In this document: one piece after another, positions 14,098 through 28,100 of the stretch
How positions within the stretch are numbered: position 1 is the first letter of the stretch
Layout: each line of letters starts with the position of its first letter
NCBI RefSeq assembly: GCF_026571515.1
Contig: NW_026863984.1
Coordinates: forward strand, 124,001-188,000
Length of the DNA stretch: 64,000 bases
Source: Ruditapes philippinarum
Lineage: Eukaryota
Direction: 5' to 3'
Position numbers and translations under genes: made by a program
The notes under the pieces: generated by a model
Database searches by the model: none
Told to the model about the DNA's origin: nothing
The model's input: only the letters and a program-made list of their open reading frames with translations

Positions 14098-16147
14098 TTG
14101 TTCTATCATTAATACTTTTATCATTATCATTAAATTTTTCATTATTATAAATATAATTATTATTATTATTATAATTATTATTATTAATAATAACAATTCG
14201 GAATAACTAGTCATCCTGATATTAAACGGTTTGTAATCTTTATTTTTAACTCGTGAATCAATATGATAATTACCCATTTAGTTTACAAATCTAGCATGTT
14301 TCAGTTTTGTTTGACTAATACGTAAGGAGCATAAACGTTATATGATGCATATATTGATGCATAAAATTGTAACTTTGTAAGTTATAAATAGGTATTTTTT
14401 TAAAATTACACACGTAAGTATACATTAAAGGTGAAGAAAACATTAATTTCGGGATGAAAGCACGAGACTACGCGCCGTTGACGCACGTTATGATACGCGT
14501 GACATAGTGCATGTAGTGTACCAAGAAAAATAGCTTACTGCAATGACGGTCCGGTAGTTTTTCGACCTAGAACATAACATTTATATTCCAAATCGCTTTC
14601 TTTATACCGAATTAGGCTAGTTCTACGTATACATGCACGTAGAGTTATAATGTACATTTATATCGTGAATAAACATCTGCATTGTTTTAATTTGAGCTCT
14701 TGGGACTTTGGCTAAAATTTGTGCTTCGCGCTTTTGCAGACGTTTAATAGTGAACAAGATATATTAACCTTATAAAATAAGTCATCGTCGGTTACCAATT
14801 GTAAATATTTCTTACATACTATGTAATCTAGATACTGTTGTATGAACGAAATATATACCGTGGGTAACCGACGATGATGAAGCGTGTATATGCCAATAAT
14901 TTTCAAGAAACACCAGTCAAATATTCTTAAATGATAAACAAGATCAACAAGGAAAGTCGGCGCTCTAAAGGCACCTTCTCTTTGAGCCTTCTCTAAATAG
15001 TATATAGAAACACATGAATCTTTTCATTTATACTGATGTTTATATTTACTCCCAAATAGCGAAACAAATTGTTACTTTAAATCAAATACTTCAAAATCAG
15101 TTCAGCCTTTTCTTAGTTATAAGAGGAAAAGGTGTAAAATTTCAATCGAGCTTTGTGCCCTAAAAGTTTTATCTCATAAATTTCATTAATTGCATCTATA
15201 TCATAGAATACGAAATGTTTTGTAAGTAATTTTAAGCTAGGTTGAACCGAGTTTTGGATTTAAAAAAAGCAAAAAAAGACGTCAGTAAATGGTTGTTTCA
15301 TCTATTTATAATATCCAAACATCCTATCTAAGACATAAATCATGATGAAAATAAGTGCAAGCAATTTATTTCTATAAAGGTTATTATACCGCATTCACCG
15401 GCCTGTGAAATTAAAATCAAAATTGTTTCAAAAGTTCATATCGGGTACACAGTCGACCTAAAATGTTTCAATTTTATTTATATTTCTATTTGTCAAGTTC
15501 AATTATTAACCGATGAGCTTGGTCGCGTATACACATGTTTTTCTTTATTGAAAACTTACCCTGTTCTGGTATTGCTTTGGTTCAAGTCATATTCAAGGAT
15601 TTGCAATTTATATGGCGAAGAGTAGTGGTTTTTAGACTTATTAAGATCAAGACAGTATGTTATCTAATACGACACCAGTACAAGTTTTTTGTGGAATATA
15701 CAATGTAAGGGGTATATGAGCGAATTATGTACACAACTGAAAACAAAAACCAGTTTTGTGTCACCTAATATAGAACTAATACTGCAAATTTGCACCAGTA
15801 AAAAAAAATAGCCAAACATAGACAATGATAATAAATTTATGCAATTTACTTTATGTTCTTTGTTCTGAAACACATGCTCTTGAAAAAAAAATTATTCACT
15901 TGCGGAAGATACAATCTTTATAAGAACGGTTTAATATTCTAATTGCCTACAAATAGTACAAATAGTAGAACATTGATTGATATATAAAATCATAATTCTT
16001 AATGTTGTTGTCGATGTAGTAACTCTTAATGTAATACCGTGTTTATTATTACATGTATTACATAAGAAAATAATGACTGACAAATTATTGTTAGAATTTT
16101 TACGTTCATATGTATATTTCACCGTACACTGCCACTTTTTTACAGGC

Positions 16148-19100
16148 ATGCGGTTTTGTATACTTGTCATAGCCCTATGTGGCATATACGCCACAGTTGA
16201 ATGCTTACCAAAGGCTGTATATGACAGCAAAAGCGATGGGAATCATCTAGATCTAATCAGGGAGATTGAAGACGCTTTGGAAGAGAGCAAGAGACACAAT
16301 CGTCCCGCTAACATCCACTCAAATCATGGCTCAGCCACAAGGGTAAACAGTAAGCAATCGAAAGCCATTCAACAAGACACGAATGATCCCCCATATGCCA
16401 ACGTCGAGAAGAGCTATATTGAAGTAGCAAGAAAAGTTGCGGATGCGTTCATGGAAGATAGAAAGACCAAGAGCCAAGGTTTGTAGAAATTATTATAAAT
16501 AAAATAAAAAAGTGTTGTTATAACAATCAATTAGTAATTTAGAAAGTGATGTTTTAACGTAAAAATAACAGGGAAATGTTTATTAACCATGTTATAAATT
16601 TGCTATAATGGGATTTTTGTATTGTCTTCATTTCCTATTCACATTTTACGGCTTCGAATGTCGAGATATTTTTCGATGATTTTAAAAATTCATTATAAAT
16701 AAAATACAGTCATGTTTTTATTCTTTTTTGTCACAATATATTCAATTGATTTTTAAGGTTGTACTGCTACGTTAACCAGTGCTTAATATTCAAGCGCTTT
16801 AAGTAAAATATCGAGGCGTTTGCGCATAATAAAACATGCCCTCAGCATTTTTTGTAGTGTCTTTAAAAACTGCATGACGGTCAATTTTTATGACATTTAC
16901 CAATTACCATTAACCAATTTAAAAATCATACAATTATTTGTTGTGCATATCTGGTCAATACAATGTATTTGGTAAAAAGATTTTGTCGCCTTAAATGTTT
17001 TGATCTTTGCTTACACCTACTTTAAAGTTGAATAAGTTAATGGTATCAACAAATTAATGATATCTTATTCCGAACATATTTATTAAATTTAATTGATATA
17101 GTGTCTCATTAAATTGTTAAAATTTATGGTGACTTGGGTTTGAAAACATTAGACCGATTGACCGCGACATTTTCTGATTATATTTGAAAGAATGAAAGCA
17201 AGTATTAAATGGAATGAGCAGGAGAAAGAAATATATCATAACGTATGAGTAACGTCGTAGACAGCTGTGTTGTTCATATCTGCACTATCAAAATTTAATA
17301 TGAAAGAAATTATTAAAGTGGCATTATGCACATTTAAGGGTAAACAGTGAGTGAGCAGATAAAAGACAAAATAAGTTTTTATATTGCCATAATTCCTTTC
17401 AGTTATAATTTGTCTGAAACGTTTAGTTTGTAAAAGGAGTAGGACAGTCTTTTGATATTTAAGACAGATTTTAAATGTTATCCAAAACATTTTCCAAAGT
17501 AAACTGTTGGTCAAACACCATTTTAACAGTCACTCTTTTGAAATAAAATGTCAATTCAGCTCATATTGACTATGAAAGTATGGACATAATGTCACTTTAA
17601 CTCTAATATTACTTGAACCATAGCATACGTCAACTTTGAGGTACGTTTGTGGGGAGACGATTGTTTTAATAATATTGTAATCAACTTTACTGTTCTTTTT
17701 GTCCCTTTACTATGATATTACAAGATTGTCCAGCTAGATGACGTTTTTGCTGTTTAGAAACTTACTTGAAAAGCTGGTACTTTAAGAATGAAGATATAAC
17801 TCGGCTAATACTTTTACTAAGTCAGCCTGATCCGTCTTATTAACCATTACTAGGCACAAAACAAAAGTAATAACATCCTCTGCAGTATATAATCAGTCGT
17901 TGCTGTAAATCCATGACGAGCTTCAAAATACCAAGCTGTCCCTAATATTGATAATGAACAGCTCATAGAACACACTTGATAAAAATTTAACAGGTTAAGT
18001 TTATGACCAACAAAACGTCAGTATTTGTTTCTTTTAAGGTTCTCATTTTGAAGGCCCCGGTACAGCTAGAGAGGCACTGCGTAGCTTTAATCGGCCGAGC
18101 TCAAAAATAAGAAAGCTTATAGAACAACAAGAAAAGAGAAATGCGGAGCTTGAAACCTTACTTTTGTTGTAAGTGTAGTGCATATAATATATACTATTCT
18201 TTATATCGATGTTGTTTCAGTAGAATATTATTCTTTATGGTACAATGATTTTATACTTATATTCACAAATTTTCAATCACATCGGCTTCCTGTGAAAATC
18301 AGTTTGAATTTAATTGCGCAGTTTCTTTCCCTGATCTATAATTTGTAGTATCTACAAACTCACATTAAAATGAGTGAAGATATTGTAAACAAAAAACGGA
18401 CGTGTAATGCAACAATATTCCGAAATAAAATGTTAAATATGAAGATGTTCATATAATTTTACGTTTACTTAAGATTTTATGATTTGATTTAGTGGCTATC
18501 ACATTATGCAAACACGATAGGCTTATGCAAACGTTTAATCAAATTGAGCCTGCACAATGTCATTTTTGCTGTTTAGAGCGTCCTGTAGGGATTTGGTGTA
18601 TTTTTCTGTTGTTATTTTTTTCTTCTGTTTGACAGCAATAACAATGTTGAGAAACTATGTTAACTTCAAATGAACATTACAATTTCCTTACAAGAAATTG
18701 TTTGCGTGTATTGTATCTGTCTTGAATTGGATTCGAACTTGCGACCTACAAGCAAGTACAAAGTCCTAAAAATAAAAATAAGTTGAAATTATCTTCCAAC
18801 TCGGAAACTTGGAAAAGTCACTATATGATTTTTTTCGCGAGAATTTGCAAATTAATTTTTTTTTGTGAGAAATTAGAAAAATATGTTTTATGAAATAAAG
18901 GGCCACTGGAGAAAATCAAGATCTTCTTAGAGAAGTAGACGTAGATCTTACTGCAAGAAATGCGCAAGCCGATCCGTCTTGTGACATAGCAGTTGACTGC
19001 AGCGCCATAACAAACAGAACTTTCGTTGACACCATTGAGTTTAGGAATATTGATGGAATTTGCAACAATCAAAATAATTATACTTGGGGAATGACTTACG

Positions 19101-22100
19101 TTCAACACCGACGATTGTTAGATGATACTTATAATGACGGTTTGTTTGCTATTTTAACACTTTAATTAGAATATCCAAAAAGTTTACAGCTTATGTGCTG
19201 TTTATCATTGGAAATCGCTTAATGGCAGCTTTGTGGCTTTCGTTTACTTAGACACCATACCCTCCTTTCATAGAATAATACTACTGTATCATATTGAAGG
19301 TTCCATGATAACCGCTGTATGAACACATCTGCGGATATTTCTTAATTAAAAATTTCACCATGTTCATGTTTAAATGTTGAATTCTGATCAAGTCGGTGAT
19401 CGAGTGCGCGGACGGTTACTTGCACATTCATGTACATTCCCTGAACACACTCAATCAAACCGAGCCTGTACAATTTTCAATTTTGTCGTTTTGAGCGTTC
19501 TTAAAAGTTATGTGTTCTCATTTTTATGGTGATGAGTGCCTCGTTCCGTGAACTTTGATTTTCCTTGTTGAACGCAAGGGGAACATGTTAAATGTATGAA
19601 GAATTACAAGTTTTCTCTGCTAAGTTAGTTTAAACACAATTCTGTACTTTCGCTAGATTTTGACGCAAACTTGAAATTTAATTTAAACTAGTCTCGAGTC
19701 CACCTCATGAACTTACCATTACTCGGATTATAACCATAATCATTTGGTTGGTTTTTAACCAGACACCTTAACCACTTGGCCACAGGTCCATTTCATCTAT
19801 GTCTGTTCATCTGTTATATTTTAACTAGTATTTAAGGTGACTCTCTGTGGCATAATATATTTTGTATACTAATTCGGCAATAATCACACCGCTACATATA
19901 TAGATTTATTCACAATTTTAAAAACGAAATCCAAATAAAACATGTCTTAATCGGTGAGAATATAAACTTTGATACAATAAGTTATATATCATTTAGTTAA
20001 TTCGAACATTTACTGAACAACAAATGTAATGATTATAGCATCTTCCATGTCTAAATTGCTATTTCCTTTTTTCTTCAGATAAATGGCATTTACGTCAATT
20101 TAGCGTTACAAGTACGAGAAGACCACGTAATGACGTACGTTTACCGTCTGCACGTCACATCAGCAATATCGTCCACAGCAGTACGACTCAACCAAAGCCG
20201 GACAACGACGATAACATTTCCCTGGCTTTATTCTATTTTATGCAGTTTATAGATCACGATTTGGCAAAAACTCCTGAAGGTACGACGCACTTTGTGTAAT
20301 TTTGTTCTTTGTTTGTTTATTTTTAAATTAGTAAGTTCGTTTGACATATTTTAAAATGCCTAAGTTCATTGACTTGTCGTTTGTTTGTCTAGTTTTACGC
20401 TGATTTGAACACATTTTGGGAAGTCAGTCCACCTTACCGGAATATCAAGATAGACAATAACTAAACGAGAATGTATTGATTTTTGGTAATCGGCTTATAA
20501 TCCAACATGATATTTGGCTCTAAAATAAAATTATCATTAAACTTCATGTCCCTGATTAATTGTCTTGGAGAAGTTTTGTAATTATGATCGAACCAGAGGC
20601 ACGTAAAATATGCAAGGCTGACGGACTTTCGTTGCAATCTGAATTGCGACCCTATGCAGTTTGGTACCGAAAGTGTCAATCACTTGGCTTGATACTTGTG
20701 CTTATTTTTTTCCTAAAAACTTTCCTCAAATAACATCCAAAATAACATTAAGTGATTGAAGACAAACATGATGGCATTACTATTAAAAGTAGCAAACAGT
20801 TTAGCACAAAACAATTATTTATTGCTATTTTGTAACTATAAAGGTGAAGTAGGAAACAACAGAATTTGCTGTGACGAAGACGTTGACAGACCAGGGTAAG
20901 TAATAGATTGAGAAAAAAAAACTTTGTAAGAGTCAGCCCAACATGCAAGAGCCTAGAAATGTTTAATGCTTAAGCATTGGACAATGTCATTAATTTGTAC
21001 ATACTGATTAATTAAGTTTGATTGTGTACGACGCTACATACTTAATTATACACTCTCAAATCTGTTCCTGGAAGCAACCGACAGTTAGCAATAAATGTCA
21101 ATGTTTTCGCTTTTGGAAACATTGGCTTGCCCCTGACGGAATTTGAACATACGCGGCCAGCAATTCTTAAAAATAATTTATACAATCTTTGGTTAATTAC
21201 TCGGGCAGCATGCCGCCACTTCAAAAAAATGTATAATCATGTTTTTTGTTGTTTATTTAAGCGGTTTCTGCCTTCCAATAAAAGCCGAGGTTGAAGAGAG
21301 TCATTTTGCATCGGATTATTGTATGGATGCGAGAAGGAGTTTTACCTTATTCCGTTGTAACGATGGTAAATAATGTTTTGCAAGTAAGGAAAAGAAAACA
21401 GAAAGAACAAAACAAAACTGATAAAAAATTAAATGAGAACTTATTGATTCTGCTGTTTTACTTTTTTCATAGAAGTAAAAGTGAAAATGAGCATAAATTG
21501 TATTGGGAATTGTACTTCAAGAGTGGCTTCATTGTAATAAATTAAAAAGAATGCGTAGCATTTATCCTTAACACAAATTGAGTAAAGGATAAAAAAATTC
21601 AACCATTATAAAAGATAGGATAAGAAGTATTTTCTAAAGATTTCTTTCCATTTGGCTATCGGGTCGTATTTATGCAACACTTTACAATCATAATAAATAA
21701 GAAAACTATAAAAAAAACCTACAAATTAAACAATACTTCTGTCATTTTACGTCCTCAACAATCAAACGATACAAAACAATACAAGTGAGGTGTAGAGAAA
21801 AATTATTTTCATGCTTTTTAGCCACACTGTTCCAGAATCAGATAAATGCAGTAACGTCATATCTTGACGCCAGCATGGTATATGGATCCACCTTAGAAGA
21901 GGAGGAAAGTTTAAGAACGTGGACAGGAGGTTAGCAATATTTGCGTATTTTGACAACATATGAAAACCGTAGTTATATGTATTGACCCATTGGATGCAAA
22001 CTGTTTTTTGTAATAAAATTAAACTGAGGCAAATCATATTTTTGTTAGATGCAAATTCTTCTACTGAACCCTATTTTGTACGCTTTAATTTTAAAATTAA

Positions 22101-25100
22101 AAAGAAAATTTGAAAAGTTATTAAAAAACGCTCAAACAGAGAACTTGAAGATGTTGGAATATGCCTGTTCATGGACGGTATTGTTAAATGCAAGCTACCA
22201 TACACGCCCCTAGCACTAGCTAAAGCAGTATTCGAGATTTATGTTTTGTGAACGATGCCTCGCCCTGTTTTCTCCTTTATTTACGTATTTTTTTTAAACC
22301 AAGGGAATTATGTCTTAATTTCTGCCACTTCTTCTGTTCTAAATATGTCCATACTTTACCTATTAACATTGATTCCTTATGAAAATTTACCTGAAGAAAA
22401 GTTTCAATAGTATTTGTCCCAACTGGTTTCGTCATTCAAATTTTTTGATGAAATTAATCAGTTTTGAAAGATATTGTAGAAAATGAAGACTTCAAACTAC
22501 ATGTATATCGGCAGGGCTATTAGCTCCTTTGTAGAGGCTAACTTGTTTATAAAATTCATTCACTACATGTATAGTTACGAATCGGTTGTTGTTGGTTTTT
22601 TTTAATTATTCTATTCTTTATTCATTTATTAATTAAATTTAATCGTCCAGTAATTTATTTATTTATCAGCTCTTATTTATGAATTTTTCTAGTTATTTAT
22701 TCATCTATTTATTGTTTTTTTCTTTATGTATTTATTTATGTATTTATTTATTTATTAATTTAAAGATTTTGCGCAAAAGTTACATTAGTAACCTATTGGT
22801 CTTCATTTTTGAATGTGTGCTTAATATTTTTTCAATTTTATTCTGCTGTAGTCTCAAAATGCCTATTTATCCATTTGTGTCACCTGTCATATTATGTTCC
22901 TATTTTAACTGAGATAATATTTGCAGGATGGTTATTAGAGAGCAGTAATAGATTCCTTCCAAATGCGTCAGATGCGTCTGATCTACCGTGTAATGTAACA
23001 GACCCGGACTATAGATATTGTTACAAAACAGGTAAAATGCTAAAATTTGGATGCTTGTCTTTTCTATTCACCTGTGAAATAATTAAAATTTCTCCGATAT
23101 TGTACACCATTGAAACAAATATAGCTTTCAGTATTGAAGTTAAGGTTTTGGTTCTTGAATAACACATATTTTTTATGATTATTACTGCTTTGATACCAGA
23201 CGTCCAGTTAACAATGACCCAGATTTATAGATTTTGTAAAGAAAGTCAGTTGTCGTTTAAAGGACGAGATGATGCCCTTTGATTTGTTTGTGTCGTACTA
23301 ATTGTATTCTTTCATTTTTAATAAATATTTTTATATATAAACATGTATAGGCTTTATGGTTATAGATAAATAAAGTTTACCTTAAAAAGGAACCAATACA
23401 TTGTTGCTATATCATTTAGTATTTGTCTTATTACATAGGTGACACAAGAGCAAACGTTCATCCAGGACTGACGAGTTATCATACAATATTTGTCCGGGAG
23501 CATAACCGTATTGCCACACTTCTTGCTGAAATAAGACCCGCATGGACTGATGAGAGAATTTACCAGGAGACGAGGAAAATAATAGGAGCACTTATACAAC
23601 GTATTGTTTATAAGTATGTAACATATTGAAAAGTAAGACAAATAAGAAAACCATGTGAGTCAATGTTAAAGATATACTACTGTAACCCAACGAATATTCG
23701 CGACCAATTAATATTCGCTTTATTCGCGGATGGCCACGAAGCGTGAATATTTGTTTGCGCGAATAAGTCCGCACAATTTCGCGAATAAATTGGAGAGAAT
23801 TTTTTATTTTAGACGTGGTTATGCAAAGCTACTTGACCGGATATATTCGAATTTTACGGGCACCTGCTAGGAAGTAATGAATTGTTATGAATATTGCCAT
23901 AAAGCAATAAAAACACAAACTAAGTAAACTACTACTATTTTAAAAATATCAAAAGAACTCTATGTCAACATAGCAATCAAAATAAACATCTACATTTTAA
24001 TACCGTTTATGAAATACTAGTAGACCTATTGTCAATCACGTTCCGTATAGGGTACTATACGGAGCATGTGTCAGTTTTAAAATTCTTCATATTTACACTT
24101 CTATACTAAGTAAATGCACACAATGTACTCGCAATTATTTTAAAATAAATGTTTGAATAAATCGTTTGACAATAGTGGGAAAACTATCGAGCATCACAAA
24201 AGGCTATTGTTTTTGGATCCTATAAAATAATTGTTTGCGTTAATTGTTAAGAAACCTATCGAGCATCACAAAAGGGTATTGGGTGTACATATTTACAAAC
24301 TGTGAAATACAAGATGGTTTCATACTAGTATCGAATTTCTTAAAGACTTTTCTAGATAAAATGAAGACGAACGTTGCGTACATGTACATATATAGAGAAA
24401 ATGTTTTGCTGAATTGTGATCACAATTCACTTACCAATACAATATAAGGCTAGCGTATTGTTAATCCCATTTAAGACACCAATAATGACCTCAATTATTG
24501 AAAATTTATAGTCGGCTAATGGATTTTACTGCCCCATCGGACTTTCCAATCCGCGAAATTTTTTTTTGGGGAAATCAAGAAAACGCGGAAATTAATATTC
24601 GCGAATATGTCCAACCTCGGCAAAATGCGAAAATTTGTATTCGCGAATATAAATTGGGTTACAGTATGCTCATCCTTGACTTAAATATTTTACTCAAAGA
24701 ACTTTTTTAAAGTCTATACAATTCTTACTGAACATAGCTATATTTTTTTTTAATAAACAACGAATAAACTATGTATGGGAAGCTGCGTTACTTGTTACAG
24801 TCCAAGTAAAGTTTGTATTTTCTTTAAAAACAGCTGCCAGTTATTTTATTGACACTATAAATTCATATTGTGACAGAGTTAAAAACATAACATATCTACT
24901 TTGTGTGGAGTAAAACATGTTTATTTTATATCTATAAAGAGACTGTGTAGCAGTTATAATTTCTTTCCAATATTTGATTTCAGCTTAGTATACTTTTATA
25001 CATTTGAGAATAACGAGTTAAATATAGAATCTGAAAGCAGTATTGATTTATAAGAAGGACCCACATTCAACTCTGAATGACAGTAATTACCTAGAAACAG

Positions 25101-28100
25101 AACTTAGTAAATCACCTTTGAAAACTAATTGAATATAAATTACTTAGGTGATGGAATATGTATACAACGTCTTCATATATTTATTACATGCATTAAATTT
25201 CAAAATCTGAAACATAATACCTTTTTTAAACTGTTAACTCGTTTCTTTCAGCGAGATGTTACCAGTACTTTTCCGTCAATCAGAGTTAGATTTGTATGGC
25301 GTTTCCAGTACTTACTCATACGATTCTTCCATCGATTCATCCATGACACAGGCGTTTTCAATGGCATATAGGTATATAATAGCATATACATATACAGTGT
25401 AACAATATGCATTGATAAGTGGTAATAAATTGTTTAAAGCCTGATAATGATATCCAATGAAAAAAGTGACTTAATAACATGCATTAGGAAAAACAATCAA
25501 TCGAATGCCCTTTCAGACACGAAGAAGTGAATGTCACAACTAAATTTGCCTGACACATGTAATAAAAAGTCATCTCACATTTTGCAACTAGTTGATAACT
25601 AAATTGTATAAAAATGGAAAAAAAGACATTTGTTTCAATAGATTCAATTAACTATTTGAACGCGGGCTTTGTGTCGGAATGCCCTTGAGACCATGGACTT
25701 GTTTACCGTCATTTTTTTCTTCATTTTTCCCCCCCATTTTTTAACTTTCCACTATCAATTGAGGGCATATCACGGTGAAAATATAAGGTTAGTCGACTGC
25801 TCAAATGCACGTCTATACAGGCTGGATTGGATCTAAACTAATGACAAAATCTAAAATCTATTTCCTTTTGGTTCAATAAGGATAAGAAATAAAGTTGTCT
25901 GACCAGTTTTTTACAGGTTTTAACAGCATTATATCAGATTGAATGATATATCTGACACTAACAATTGACTATTATATTTATAAAGTAAGACATGATCACA
26001 CTACACATATCATACCGCGGGATCACTTAAAAGTCTAGAAAAAGCGGGAACCCATCGGAAGCATAAATCACAACAAAATTACATGAAAAAATACAGACTC
26101 GGTTTGATAGAGTCTGTACATGAAAGATAATGACAAAGTGGAACATCCCTGAAGCCCCCTAGCACCGACTTAAGCGGTACTCAGTTTGCAACATTTAACA
26201 TTCGAACCAATTTAAAACATTTGTTATATATAATACAGTAAAAACAGACTAATAAAATTGCTTGCACGGTATCTACATAATTATTTTCAGAATTTGAAAG
26301 AAAAGGTAAAGCATGCGCTAATGGGCATGAACTGTGCTTAATCCATTTGAAATGTTTTCGGCTGTGATTATCCCCCGTTTCAATGTGATTTTCTAAGTTG
26401 TAATGTAATGTAGAAAATTAATTTCCATTTGTCCGATATATTCTCCCGAGAGGTGTCGCCAGTAGTATCATGCACGAGGTTTACGTATTTGACTGGGTAA
26501 ATTTTTTGCTCATTCAGTTTTTTCGCAGCCGGCTAAACATAAACATAATTTCGGGCAATACTTTGTTACATCTCATAATAGTTTTAAGTGGATTTTTATA
26601 TTAAGATCATTTCTGATATACGATATATGTTCATATATTCTTAAAGTTATTTAATAACGTATTCATTTATTATGAATGTATGTTTCTGAATCACGGGGGT
26701 TGAAGGGAAATATTATTGTTCTTTTCAAAAAATTAGGAAAAGGAAAATATAAACGTCCCCTCCACCCCGAAAAACTAATAAAATGCAAAATAAGGAAAGG
26801 AAAACAAGCAATTTTTTTTGTTTGAAGACATTATGTATCTTCATTATGAACGAATGAAAGGAGATATATACATATGGTTTCATCTGAAACATTTCGTCTA
26901 CAATATGTCAAGTTGAAATCAGAGACTCAAATGTATTTAGATGTAAATGGAAAATCGGCATACCGGTGAAATGATAGCCATAGCACATTGTATTTCTATT
27001 TTAAAATAGCTTCAAGTAGTATTCGACATTCATATGTTAATTTTACCATTTTAAGAAATTTTGACATAACATTTAACAGCTTATCACCACAAAACGAGCA
27101 TTCTGCTTCTACAGTGTTTCTTTTTACCAATCTTAATACCATAGATGTTGCCGCTTCACATGCCGAATGTATTATTAACTTTACCAGCTTCTTTTTGTTT
27201 TAATAGTGTTCATTACCAGTTTTGAGAATAGCGAAATGAAAATTCAAAATAAGTCAGCCAACAAAGATGTTTCCGTGTTTAATACTGTGTCAAAGGTAAA
27301 TAACTTCTAGTTATAGCAGATTCAAGGGCTACGTGATACATGACAGACTTTTGAAATGTTTCTTTATTTCCTTCTAAGATATCACAATCTGATGCCTGCA
27401 AAGTTGCATTTGGCTGAAGAATTGAGCTCTGAGGAGACACCAGTAGCAAATTTTGAAGAGGTTAACCAAGAGAACGTGTTTCAGAGACCACATTATCTTA
27501 TCAAGGACCATTATAAAGGAATCGACGAACTTGCTCTTGGATTTGTAAAAAGTGAATGCCCATATGTTAGTAGGTAAGACTCACTTTGTCATCACTTATC
27601 ATACATTAGAATGATCCATTATCGAATAATCACTAACTGTGTGCCCGTTTGTATAAAATTGTGCCGCTTCATTTTTTCTTTCATTTATTCTTGTTCTTAA
27701 TGGCCCTCCCGTTTAATGCAGTTTCAGATTACCTTGCAGCTTTCCCGACGTACCAGACGATGTCATGTATCATTTGAAATCTTTACATTTTAAATTTTTA
27801 TAACCTGATTTACAATAGCATATAATTATATTTTATCACATTTATATAATTTTATCATAAAGCCATATAATTGTATAAAGCAATCCATTTTAAAATTCAG
27901 AATAATGAATGATGCTTCCCGAAATCTTCTATTTTTGGATGAAAACGGAGACTCGTTCGATCTTGCTTCGTTGAACATCATGCGCGGTAGGGAATGGGGC
28001 ATGCCAACATATACGTCTTACCGCGAGTATTGCGGACTGGGAGCGGCAACGGCATGGAGTGATCTCTTAAGTACAACCGAACAAGAGGACATAGATAAGA

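Noticed and set aside
950-14277. ORFs spanning N runs and poly-Ile/Asn ORFs (also 52518-52898 and the Lys-rich 35777-36139)
   Set aside because: These are artefacts of assembly gaps, (ATT)n microsatellite and a poly-T tract.
15977-16147. N-terminal extensions in the ORF track upstream of ATG 16148 (and 40361-40390 for gene B)
   Set aside because: This is intronic sequence upstream of clear acceptors. The signal peptides begin at 16148 and 40391.
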